64,000 nucleotides of DNA from Lingula anatina (Eukaryota > Animalia > Brachiopoda). Made by a program: the position numbers and the translations under genes. The notes under the pieces are model-generated. The model was given only the letters and a program-made list of their open reading frames with translations, had not been told where the DNA came from and did no database searches. The stretch spans positions 3,108,954-3,172,953 of the forward strand of contig CM120644.1 of assembly GCA_051362555.1 (NCBI GenBank), given 5' to 3'. Of this stretch, positions 11,537 through 25,200 are shown one piece after another; within the stretch, counting starts at the first letter, position 1, and the number at the start of each line of letters is the position of its first letter.

Positions 11537-14500
11537 ATCTGTCTGGAATGTGTTGATACCGATAGAGAAAAATCTCCCTCGAGTCCCTTGTAATCTCATG
11601 AGTGAGGGTATAGTATAGTACTCTTACCAAATGGACTTCCCGACTGTAGGGATGGAAACAGGTTAACACATAATCCTCCTACGGAGAAGCCGTCGTCAAT
11701 GCCATACAAGTAGTGAATAGGAAAAAGTTGATGAAGCCTTTTCACAGTTCCCGAGACATTTGAAAAGTTTTCCTACAACCTGTTGTAGGCTTTCCACGCT
11801 CACAGTAGTAAAATAGAAACGAGGTCGAGCGCGAGACGCCGGCACGTGCCGCGATCAGGCGAAGAGAGGTATGACATCATTCTTAGTGTGATTTATAAGA
11901 AAGGACCTATGCCAGTGCTTTTTTTAACTGAAGGTATTTGTCGAGTTCTTTTGTGGGCAAGATTTCCCATTTGTTTTCGTCGAACAAAGCGAATTAAGCA
12001 CAAAAACTGTTTGCTAGCAGAGAAGAATTTGCTTTGCTGAGCACTTGTGCATGTTAGTGCCTTTTTTATTTTCAGCGTGATAAAAATAGTAAAAAAAAAA
12101 GTTTAAAAAAACGGCAGATGCACGCCTCTCTGTCAAAATAATAATGATAATGAAAAAGGTGCATATTCAAGTAACACTGAGTGACTTTCAGTATTTATTT
12201 CAATCATCCCATTAGAAAACAGAAATATCATTACTAGGTGAAATTTTAAGCGTCGACTGGCTCACTGGGCACGCGCTACTGTATACATGTACAACTCTCG
12301 ACGTGAGCTGAGTTTCTCCTGATATGAATATTCATGCCCCCTCCCCCTTCCTATCCTCTCACAACACAGTCGCTAGGAAATGAAGACAACGGGAACTCAT
12401 ATGTAAAGCTGTATGAATTATTGATAAAAAACAGATAAATCAACGATATGAAACATGCAATTGCATTTACGCTTGTAAGACTGATATCACATAAGTGATA
12501 GGTCTAGATATGTGTTACATGTATGTGTAACAAAAGTAGTTTAGAGGGCCTGTAAAATGTACTGAAACATTTTAGTGCTCAATAAATTATTATTATTATT
12601 ATTATTATTATAGAAAAACGAGGTATGAAATTCTTAAACGGAAAAAATAATCATGTGCACATGAATGAATATATAAATAGCCGAACAAATGAAAGAGGTA
12701 CACAATAACGAACGAAGGACTACGAAATTAACAAACGTTTTCTCGGCGACATCTGTCTTTTCTTTCATCACTGTCACTGTTTAACGTGAACCCTGTAACC
12801 TAGCGGCCTTCGTCTCCTCAGCGAGACTAATGACATTTATGAGTACGCCGAAAGAGGGAACATATCAACCATCACATCAACTGTACACTATGCAATCCCC
12901 AGAGGAAAAAAAAGTTTTCATGTGGGTTTATTTTCCTTGCGAAACATAACTACAAGAACAGGAACATGCCAACTTAGCTGTTGACCGTTTACAACCTCGA
13001 GAGAGAAAAACGCTTTCAAGGGGGATAGATTTCTGGCAAGAAAGTTACAGAGTAGCAAATAATAATTTAAAAGAAAAAATGAAAGAAGAGACGCACAGTT
13101 TATGTAACAAGGTTATATAATTGCCTTTAATTAAATTACACCAAGGTCGCTTTCCTCGCGTTCAGTGGAGCATTTAGGTGGCCTGTTCTCCAAAACGTGC
13201 ATGATTTATGTGTGACCTGGCCCAGAGCATCCTCCGTCGCCGTCGCCGAGGAACTGCATCACATCATAGATTCATACACCAGGAGGAAATTGGACTAACT
13301 ACTTTCAGATGTTGACACTGGAAACAGTGACACAATTTTTTGGTGAAGGTCACGAGACCCTGAGTTTCAAATGATGCTATCTCCAGTTGATATAATAAAA
13401 TTATAATAAATAATTTATTGAGCTCTGAATGATATATATGATGTATTTTAAGCTCCGTTTAACCTTAAAACACATCCAACTATCCTTTCACCATCCTCGT
13501 GGAAGTATAATAATTGCTCTCATATAAACACACGCGCAGAGATGGACATCCACAGCAGGAAAAAAATACATTGATTTTCCCAACACAGATTCAAGCGATT
13601 TTCGATCCTTTACACTTGATATGAATATTAATATCCCCACCCCTCTTCCCAACCAAAATGAACTAAAGTATTCACACAGAGAGAGACATTTTTTGCCAGT
13701 TGGTATCAATATGAATCCAATTTTAATTAAAATACGTTCCCCACACCATCAGATAGTCGATTTCGCCATGTTGAACGAGAATGCACATTTTATACAGTGT
13801 TCACACCAGAAAGTGGCTGTATACTATTCAGGCTCTCACTTCGGTGTCAGACTAAACGCGAAGTGACACAATAGACCCTGCCCTGTTTTGGAAGGCAAAT
13901 TAAACTCCCCTCCCCCTCCCGTGTCCGATTTCTTCCGCCTCCTTGTGTTAGGGGGCCATTCCCAATGAAACTGTCAATCTAAGTAGATCGATCCAACTCC
14001 GCGGGGACTATTGCTGAATGCGATCAGATTAACAGGCCTCCTCCTGGCGTCGAGCAGAATACCAAAAAGCTGGTGATAAAATTTTTGTTCAACCACTTGG
14101 CAGATATAAAAGTTCCGCAAGAGCATTTGAGAGCATATTTATCCTCTTTCCGGGAATTTTTGATGGATATCTTAATATTCTTTCTATTCCCGATAGATAG
14201 AAATATTAAGAAAAGACTGGCCTTGGCAAAGTAAAGCTGTTTATAGTTTATATTGGAGGCCAGGACTTATTATTCTTAACCTGGTTAATCATTCAATCTT
14301 CTCAACATTTTCCGCGCCGATTAAGTTCAGAAACAAAGGCGCTATTTGAAGTAGTCCTGTTAATGGTTCTTAAAGGAAGGAAACGTGAAAGAGATTACGT
14401 TTATTTTGTACAGATTTTATGCATTCTCAACCGGAAAAGCCACGTTTCTTTTAAAAGTAGACTTCACTCTGTCAACATTGCAGACTCTAACTCCTTTATG

Positions 14501-15085
14501 TTATATAAACGCATCTCCACATGTTCTCATTATAATAAATGTGGCTTTTAATTCGCTGTTTCACAAGATCACGTAAACTAAAGGTATTGCTTACAATAGA
14601 ACCAGTCTGTGCAGCGACTAACTTTTCCTTGGGAAAATTAATTGTCAAGAAGTCTGGTAAAACAACGTGTTTTACAGGCCCTGTGCTCGTCATACCAGTC
14701 CCTGAGCATTGAAATAGCCATGCAAAAGACATGACTTTTGTCGCGGCATCTCAAGCTGTACGTTACCGCCGCATATCAACGGTTTCCAGTCAGTTAAAGG
14801 TGACAGACATGCTGTGAAGCGTTTACGTTGAAAACAAGAGGACATGTGATTTTGGAGAGATGTTTTATTTTCTTCTCATTATCGTGCTCGCAGCTCCGCG
14901 GCCTCACGCTGGGTTACACGCAGATTTAAAAGATTATTTTAGTGTTATCTGGAGTGCTAAATCAACTATTAAAACAGTGTCTTGTCTGCGATAAATCATG
15001 TGATCCACGCCATGTTTCCTCTTAACAATGACTTGTTTACCACAGTTTCTTAGTAGCTTTTTTTTTTTTTTGGGGGGGGGGGGTC

Positions 15086-15132
<47 letters not shown>

Positions 15133-15904
15133 TATTATTATTATTATTATTATTATCATTATTATTATTATTTTTTTTATAAACGACAATAAAGAAACGT
15201 GTATATTAAAAAAAGACGAAATCTCCTAAAGCATTTTGAGAGAGAGAGAGGGTGTAGAGAGAAATGTCAATTTTCTCTCTTTCTCTTGTATATGTATATG
15301 AATATGTATAGATTTACACTGCATATACAATGCATTAACCTTACATAACAACGGATAAATTCATCGGTTCATTAGCCAAGGGCACTTAAAACTTGGTTCT
15401 GTCCTGATATTTGTACCGGATATGTTACTCAGCAAATCCACTTCACATTATATTTTTTTAATGCAACAATATTTGCATCCTTCTTCTTATCAACGCTCCA
15501 CAGCCTTCCTTAATTTTCCAAATTCATAAATAATAACGAACAAAATCTCCATTGTGATTTGGTCAATTTTTTTTTTGCTCACTCATGTCCCTTTGGTCAT
15601 CTTTTTAACCAGTTACTTTCCGGTTGGTCATCTTCTAAACCACAGTGTCTGATCGGTTACCTTTTCAACCACTTACCGTCCGGTTGGTCAACTTTAATTT
15701 TAAATGACAAAGGTCCAATAACTCTGTTTAGGTAAGGAAACACGTTCTACTGGACATACACCAATTTAAGGCCATTACAAATAATAAAATGCGGGGCTTG
15801 GATAAAATAAAGAAATCATTTGTAATTTTGTCCATGAGCGGCGTTGTTTGGACTTGAAATCATAGTAATATAAAAAGCGCTCTCCAAAATGTATGGTGTA
15901 ATCT

Positions 15905-15943
<39 letters not shown>

Positions 15944-16154
15944 TCACATTTGATGACAAGGCGTTAAATATTGGTGAAATTTCATAAAAACAACCAAATG
16001 ATTTTCTCTGTAATATCCGTTGACATGAACATTGTCATCTGATGATTTGTAAGAATACGCCATCTCCTGTCGTGGAGGATATGCTGCAAGCTTTTGGTAC
16101 GGATAACAGTAGACAAAACAGACATGTTTCCATGCGTGACTTTCCAATTTTCCT

Positions 16155-16191
<37 letters not shown>

Positions 16192-16320
16192 AACATTGGC
16201 CATGCATATCATCATTTAAATGTATTCTCATGTAAATGACTGTCTTCAAAATTGATTCCAAGCGGTGGCATTGCGGCACATTTATTTTTTTAATTGAAGA
16301 AAAGCGTGCCCGTGATTGTT

Positions 16321-16352
<32 letters not shown>

Positions 16353-17135
16353 TGAACGAGGGTTAGTGCGTGTGCGTGCATGCTCAGTAACGAAGACATC
16401 CATTTGATATGAAGAGTTCTCATATTTTGAGTTTTCATAAAATTGTTTCGTTCTCAGACAAAATAATGAAGCTAGAATCACAATCAGGCCTCTCTACCGC
16501 AATATTGAACAATACTGAACATTTGGTGCAAGACAAATGGAAGTGATTGATGCCCAAGCTACGCAAGGCTGCACTAGGGCAAAAGTCAAACCCGTGCAAA
16601 CTGGCAGATTAGGTGCTCCCTGTTGCGCGCCAGGCTCTCTTCAGTTCTTGAGGATTTCCTTAAAGTAAAATATTTAATTGAAACCTCGATGCAGAGAGTT
16701 TGTGTAATCTTAATGCATAATTTGAAGATTATACGTGAATAAAAAATGGTCAGAATATGTAACATTATGCGATCCAGGACTGAACTTGATTTTAAGTCTG
16801 TGTAATCTGTTTCAGCACCCGAACGAGACTCGACTCCCAAATGCGGCTTAATGTGATTCCGCAACAAAACTAGTCCTCTTTAGTTCGATCAATATTCGGT
16901 CCCAGACACACCAAAACTGCCTGCGTCTGTATCTGAAAACTTTCAAGTTATAGGAAAACGGTCTAACATCTCTTTTGACAGCCTGCGTTTCCATTATTAT
17001 TCCAAACTCGCGATTTACGAAGCGATGCGGTGGAGGGTTTCCTGCTAGAGATTGGAACAGCGTGTAGCGTGGTGTACTCTAGGTCATAAAGGTCAAGGTG
17101 CTCTGAGTTGCAGCGTCTTTAAGTACATAACGAAA

Positions 17136-18150
17136 ATGGTTCCTTATCGGTTATTTTCAGTGTTTGCAGTATGTTTAATATCTCTGTTGGAAACATACTC
17201 AGGTAAGTGTCAACTGGTAGTCATTCCTACCGTTTTTCCTAGCTTTAATCGGCTTTGATTTGAATGCGAGAAAGTACGTGCAAATGGTTTGTGGGTATTG
17301 TGCAATAACTGTACAGATGACCTCCTGCCGTACAACATACATCTTCCTCGGTGAATTCTAAGACATGATAATTCCGATGATTCTGTTATGCAGTACAAAT
17401 AGCTGTGAATGTGAAAACAGTTGTAGTGAACTATAGTAGCAGGGATGAAATACGAGCGTGTAAATACACCACTCTTCAATCAGAATGATGATCTTAAAAT
17501 TGCACCACAGAGCGACCCCGACCTCAAACTACTTTGCCAGATTTGTGATGGCGGTAACGAGGCTTAATTCTTCAGTTCTGTCGCTATTTCTTGAATATTC
17601 CGTAGAAAAACATAGGCAAAGTACGGGCTTACCGGGACATATTATTCAGGGCCAAGGTTCCTCGGCTTAATTGAAAGGCACACGTGTCCGCACATATTGG
17701 TGAAAGCGTAGATATGTGTTCAGTTATCGGATAAAATGATGGAGCACATGACGAGCATTTTATTCGCATACACCATTCCTGGTTTTGGCACTACTACCCA
17801 GTCACTAATGTATACAAGTTCCTCGTTTTGAGGGGACCTTGATTATTGCCAGTTTACACTATAAGACGTCATTTTATGAGAGACTACAAGCAATGTGTAT
17901 GCAGGGGCGGATCCAGGATTATTTGAAGGTGAGGAAGGGGCGTTTTTTAAGAATGAAAGTCTGCGGATACGAGCTTCGGAAGCTGACCCTCGCCCCATCC
18001 CTCCTCCGCTGGAGGTGAGGGCGAACGGTGCCATTTGATACGGTTTAGGACTACCAAAATTTTAATTTTGAGAGGGGACCATTGGTATTATTTTTTCAGA
18101 AATCGAAAGGGGGGTCAGGACCCCCTTGACAATCCCTTAAATTTGCCACC

Positions 18151-18218
<68 letters not shown>

Positions 18219-18850
18219 ACTCACTGCACCGGCTGCCCCACAGCAGGGGTAATACATGTAGTATAAGATAACAGAGCGGGTGTAAGCTTCTAACCCTGGG
18301 TCTTGTATTTTATGCAGTACGCAAAAAAAATACCGTTCTTATTTAATCACCAACAAGATAATGGTCATTCACGTGGTGAAGAGCACCGGTAATGTTGCTA
18401 TAAAGAGCATCTTTAGAAGTTGTACGTGCAATTTGAAGTCCAATTCCATATAATTAGCGCGTGTGTCTAGAGCAACGGAAGTATCGACCAGCTATTATAA
18501 ACAGGCATTGAGAACGAAATTCAGAACATATTTTCTTTGCACAGTGCGCCAAACTCAAAACTGATGAGCTTCTAGTCAAGATTACACTAGTGGTTTCAAC
18601 CTTTAATACATAAATGTTACTTCTCGCCTACATACTCACTATCGATGCTGGTACCTTTTAAAGGACAGTGTTACCTGTGACGGACTTGGTACATGGTTGT
18701 TGTTTTAACAGACTTTTAATGCCATTGGTGATGTTGAAACAAGAATGTTTATATCAGTAGTGCCGCTAAGGATTTCCGAAGAAAATAATGATAAAATGTT
18801 AGACATAATTACTGCCTGTACGTATATGTGCATACTGACCCCCTTCCCCG

Positions 18851-18902
<52 letters not shown>

Positions 18903-20439
18903 TAACAAGATCGTGCGCACAGACAGAATTGTCCGAAAAAACACCCTACCGTCTCACAATACAACCCCCCTCCTTAAAATCCAAGCTAACATCCAACTAT
19001 AGAGGGCGTGCGTACCATCAAAATGCCCTCGGTAACCAAGTATCTCTTTTATTCCAGTAACGGCCATAGATTGCTACGAGTGTAACATATTTCGTAATGA
19101 GGTCGGTGTGCCGTGCCCTGAGAACAGTAACTCTACCAATACCATCAGTATAAACGACACCACCGTAGCCACCGGGTGTAAACTGTGCGGAAAGGTGCTT
19201 ACACAGATAACCGTGGATTACAATAGAGGAAGAAGTAAGTAATTATGCTTCATATAGGACTGGAGACTTAAAAATGAAATATAGGAAAATCCGCATATCT
19301 ATTGAGTTTTTGATACCGGGAATTAAGCTCAACGTACTTGAAAACTGAGTTAGGGAATATTCATTATATCTTCGGCTAACTCAAAAAATATATATAATAA
19401 TAATTAAAAGGAAAGGAAAAAAGAAAGAAGAAGACAGGAAAAACGTTTCTTCAGATTGTTTGAGGTTAACGATTATTTGAGTAATCACGGAGTTTTTTGT
19501 GCATGTCCCATACACACCCGCACCTCACATGATCAAAAGTAGATATTTTCCCGTAACGTATTTTTTAGTAAACTTTTATTCGTAATATTGTAAATAGATA
19601 ATCCATGGGATACTTTATGAATTGTCATTTGAACGACCTAAATGGTTTAAGCTAATTAAATAAACTAAAAATGAATCTCGGTTGCCGTTCAGTGCGTTTC
19701 CATGTTCAAGTCGATGGATAAGTATGCAATTTATCGCCTTCACAGAAGCGGCCTACCCCTACTGATTTCAAATGCCAGTTTTAGGAGGTTGAAATCGAAG
19801 ATGGCAGACAGTTAATTTAAGTCGCTCATCTGACTCACCGTTCTTGGGATTGCGAAACACAATCAACATAACGAAGATATCTTTGGCAGTAGTGCCGATT
19901 TTTTTTTTTTTTTGAAGGATGGTGTTTACAGGAGTATCGTTACTATCTCACAAGAAATGTGTGGTGGTATTAAGCTACGGTTCGCGAAGTTTATTATGCT
20001 GTCAAGGTTATGTTAAATGATCAACTTCCATAGGTAATTTATTAGCTACCATCTGCTTTACCAATGTAGCTGGTCGAACACATATTTTCCCATCCTCTTG
20101 AATAAGTTATATAGTTAGGTTTTTCATTACATTAAAAAAAATTACCTTTTAAAAATTACATTGAAATGCCTGTATAATACAATTTCATATTAAAAATCAC
20201 TCATTTTTTTTATTTCAGAGGAAGTAGTTGCCAGTCGAATGTGCGTAAAGGACGATCGGGACTGGAAGAGAAATAAAATTGAAATGGGTTGTAAAGTAAC
20301 GGACACGTCGGGTACTGGGACCAGTGAGATATGCCACTGCGACACAGATCTATGCAATCCAGCAGGTGCCATCACCTCAGCCGTGTGGTTACTAGTCGGC
20401 ACAATTACATCTGCTATAGCTATGCTTTACATGAGATAG
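17136..20439 (+). CDS. Quiver/sleepless-like Ly6/uPAR (three-finger) GPI-anchored protein, ~154 aa
   Basis: Exons 17136-17202, 19058-19234 and 20219-20439 join in frame at GT-AG sites: signal peptide MVPYRLFSVFAVCLISLLETYS, IDCYECN...CKLCGK...RMC...GC...ICHCDTDLCN (10 Cys), then a hydrophobic GPI-type tail AITSAVWLLVGTITSAIAMLYMR*. Confidence 0.9.
17902..18152 (+). mobile_element. Non-autonomous TIR element (CAGGGGCGGATCC-type end)
   Basis: Starts caggggcggatccaggattatttgaagg; homologous to the inverted copy at 3034-3323 and shares its terminus with 59221 and 59808. Confidence 0.55.
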
Positions 20440-20620
20440 GCACTTTATAAGCGGGTTTAGATACAGAGACAGTAGGTTAAATTTTTTTTTTGAGGGTGGG
20501 GGTCTGATAGTGTTTAATCAGGTCATTGGAGGGATGTTTAAATTCCAGATCCTGAATTTTATCCCAAAAAAAGGATGGGTGTGGACAATGAAATTGACTT
20601 CTCTCCGCGTAGCTTAATGC

Positions 20621-20667
<47 letters not shown>

Positions 20668-22261
20668 TAATAAATAAAAACGGGTTGGGCGACTACGTCG
20701 CATCCGTGGTTTGCCTACAAGTATATTCGTTGTCATATGGACATCGTCATAAAATTCTCATAACTGAACAAGACTAGCTTTATTTAGACGTATAATTAGC
20801 AAGCCATCCCTTGTCTGTGGTAAAAATGACTTGAAGTGTGTATCCTAAAATATTGCTGCAAAATCAAAGATGCCTTAAGTTGTCACAATGTGCTGATCTT
20901 ATAAGAAATATGCAAAACTGGATGTTGTCTGTGTTTAAACCATAAATATGTAGCTAACGTGCCATTGACAATCCATTGCGATAGAGAAGCTAGAATGTGT
21001 CAGCGGTGTGATAGGGTGTGTTACCAGTGCTCCCAATTATTCAATGCGACTTACTAATAAAAAGCAAAATGTGTCTTTTAAACCTAATTGCTTTTTTAAG
21101 TAAAATTAGCCACCCTTTGTCAAATTCGGTGTCTTTGGCGTGAAAAATGTTTGCATATTACTGAGAACGGTTGTTACAATGTACTGTTACGTGTCATTTT
21201 TTTTTGTTTTTGAATAAACACCCATTGAGTGAAGTGACAGTGATTTGTTTGTAATTTGTTTATAAATATCAACTCTATGTCAGGCTATTTATATCCAAAT
21301 ATTATGATACCGAAGGGATACATCATCTTCTATGGGTTGGTCGGTTAATAGTTTATTTGTCAGTTTTCTTTCTTGTAATTATCAACGTCTGTTTGCTCCT
21401 TTTACATGTATAAGGGAGAGTTGTAAAAACTGAAAATTGTGAAAACGTAGCTTGTAATTTCGCAATGCATTTAGACCATATGAAAAAAAGAAACATGCAA
21501 ACTGAAGAGTGGAAATCTTGAAAACGTTCACCAATGCCTTTAAGTACGTTGTTTGCGACCGATATATATACACGTTGATGAACGTTGTTAAATTTGAAAA
21601 ATAGCAATATAATAAAATTATATGGCAATTCTTGCTAACAACAATGAATTACAAAAGTCGCTGGCCACATGGGGGCACTTGCTCAAAATGCGATAAATAA
21701 ATTATGATTAAGGATCACTTGCAACAGACCCCCGAGAGCATTTTAATATTACTCCATTAAAAAGACGCATCGGGTACGCTTATAAAATGTCTTTTAAATA
21801 ATTAATGCAATAGTAATATGTCATAAAGGCCATTACTACGAAAACTTAAATGTTTAAGTGTCAAGCAGCCACGAATTCACTTTGAGAGTAGGAACAGGTT
21901 GCGTTCCAAAAGGCTGTTCCTAAATCGTTTCGTTCCCGTGTCCCACGCAAGTACGCTACAATGTACCATATGTGCATTCTATAGTACGTTATAAGTGCTT
22001 TAAAATTGTTTTAATTTCCTACTTGAATTACAGTAATGTTTAGTGAATAAAATTTTGTAAGTAAGTTAAAAGTGTTTTATGATGGAGTTGATAATCTTGC
22101 CACCTTTCACTTCAAATTTTAACATGTTGACTTCCACAAACTTTGCTCATTCCTCAAACTTTGCTCATTCCTAAGTACGGCCAAGCTGAAATGTTCGCAA
22201 TCCAATGAATGTCTTATAGTGCAATAAATCTTCCGGCTTGTCCCAACATGGACCCAGGGCA

Positions 22262-25200
22262 TTAGAGTCTCACAGATCGTCTGCGCACGTTGGACTCGAC
22301 CAGGTGTTTCTTGCACGGCGACTGCAGCCCCATCTGTATTCTCGGTGGAGTGAACAGGTCCACTTGCTGGGTGACGTACGTCTCGGGAAGATCGGTCTTC
22401 AGTAGCTCTGCCGCGTCCAAGTGACCTGCAGGAGAGAGAACATGATTCTTTTGCATATGGGGAGGGGGGGGGGGAGCCCGAAGTTTGTTACTCAATAAAA
22501 TGTGAATATAATCTCATAAGATACCTATTACTTCACACTTATTCCTGCAATTTGATTTTAATTTTCGCCCTCTCCCCACCCCCATCTATAAACAGCTTGA
22601 CTTAAAATTTTTTTAAACCAAGACCACAAAGAAATCAATAAACAGATTACAAAAAGAACTCCTTAGACACAGAAGATGTTCATTTATTCATTCATTCATT
22701 CATTCATTCATTCAATCACTTATCCATCCGGTGATTGATCGTTTATTGTACCACCAGCGTAGGCGCTGGCGGTACCCATGGTTTTAGTCCCGACCCGTAT
22801 GTTCCGCCGGCTCCGCCGGCTCCTGCGGCTCCGCCGCCAAGTCACTGTTACCGCTTCTCCTCCTAGACGGTTAGGGCCCCTGTACCCATCTCTTGGATTT
22901 AGGTCACCTATAATCTCAACTCGTTCCACGTAAAATTTGGGCTTTGTCGGTATTGGGGTCTAGGTGTGGCACTCATTGCAATGCACCCTTGTCTAAAAAT
23001 GGCAAAATTAAATGCTAATTATCTACCCTACGGAAGGAGTTATGGGAAAAATTTCTACAGACAGCTTTCCAAAAGCCATATGTGTAGATTTCAAATATGC
23101 CCTTGGATTTGACCTTTGACCTTTATTTCAAGGTCAAACGGGCCAAAATTTTCAAAAAAATGAAATTTTTTACGAAAAAAAATTTTTTTGCCCTGTTATT
23201 CAGACACCACACAGACTTAACCAATAATATTATTGGAAAGTGTTACCCTTCGGGTCATCTTTCATCTCCGTGAATTTGGGGTCAATCGGTGCATTTTCAC
23301 GGGAGTAGCGGCCATAAAGTACCGAAACTGAAAACTGTCTCTAATTCGGGAACCGTTAATGCTAGAGACCCATTCTTTTTTGGATTTTGTAGAGCATGTA
23401 AAGCCCAACACTGGAGGTGGTCTCCATTTTTTTGTATTCCATACGGTTTTCAAGTTATGCTGTATCAAAAAGTACATAATGGTGGTGAAAGCAAAATGTG
23501 CAGTACGGTAATGGATAATAAATTTTGAACTCTGGAAAAATAATACATAAGGCTTGGCAAAGCAGACAACTTGTGGTCAAAAATGACATTATTTCATCAA
23601 ATTTGAACTTCTGGAACTTCAGAGCACTTCCTATTTTAAGAATTTTGACCAAAATGATGTTTTCTTTATTTTAATTAATCTTTTCTGTAGGAAATTTATG
23701 GCACATTATGGTAACTCCAAAATTATAACATTTAGTCCCTTATATCTCCAAAACTGGCAGAGACAGGTCCATAGTTACTATTGAAGTTGAATAGGAAGTC
23801 ATATAGTGGCAATCTAAATGTGACCTTAAAATTGACCTTTGACCTACTTTTCACCATGAACTGAACTTTGCAAATTTTGCTTCCCTTGTATCTCCAAAAC
23901 TGGCAGAGATAGGTCCATAGTTACTATTGAACTTGAATAGGAAGTCATATACTGGCAATCTAAATGTGACCTTAAAATTGACCTTTGACCTACTTTTCAC
24001 CATGAACTGAACTTTGCAAATTTTGCTTCCCTTTTATCTCCAAAACTGGCAGAGATAGGTCCATAGTTACTATTGAAGTTGAATGGGAAGTCATATACTG
24101 GCAATCTTAATGTGACCTTAAAATTGACCTTTGACCTACTTTTCACCATGAACTGAACTTTGCAAATTTTGCTTCCCTTATATCTCCAAAACTGGCAGAG
24201 ATAGGTCCATAGTTTCTATTGAAGTTGAATGGGAAGTCATATACTGGCAATCTTAATGTGACCTTAAAATTGACCTTTGACCTACTTTTCACCATGAACT
24301 GAACTTTGCAAATTTTGCTTCCCTTATATCTCCAAAACTGGCAGAGATAGGTCCATAGTTTTTATTGAACTTGAATGGGAAGTCATATACTGGCAATCTA
24401 AATGTGACCTTTAAATTGACCTTTGACCTACTCTTCACCATGAACTGAACTTTGCAAATTTTGCTTCCCTTATATCTCCAAAACTGGCAGAGATACGTCC
24501 ATAGTTACTATTGAAGTTGAATGGGAAGTCATATACTGGCAATCTAAATGTGACCTTAAAATTGACCTTTGACCTACTTTTCACCATGAACTGAACTTTG
24601 CAAATTTTGCTTCCCTTGTATCTCCAAAACTGGCAGAGATAGGTCCATAGTTACTATTGAACTTGAATAGGAAGTCATATACTGGCAATCTAAATGTGAC
24701 CTTAAAATTGACCTTTGACCTACTTTTCACCATGAACTGAACTTTGCAAGTTTTGCTTCCCTTATATCTCCAAAACTGGCAGATATAGGTCCATGGGTAC
24801 TGTTGAACTTGAATAGGAAGTCATATACTGGCAATCTAAATGTGACCTTTAAATTGACCTTTGACCTACTTTTCACCATGAACTGAACTTTGCAAGTTTT
24901 GCTTCCCTTATATCTCCAAAACTGGCAGAGATAGGTCCATGGGTACTGTTGAACTTGAATAGGAAGTCATATACTGGCAATCTAAATGTGACCTTTAAAT
25001 TGACCTTTGACCTACTCTTCACCATGAACTGAACTTTGCAAATTTTGCTTCCCTTATATCTCCAAAACTGGCAGAGATACGTCCATAGTTACTATTGAAG
25101 TTGAATGGGAAGTCATATACTGGCAATCTAAATGTGACCTTAAAATTGACCTTTGACCTACTTTTCACCATGAACTGAACTTTGCAAATTTTGCTTCCCT

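Noticed and set aside
13950-14010. Fragment resembling a MITE family A terminus
   Set aside because: Too short and diverged to delimit; no matching second end found.
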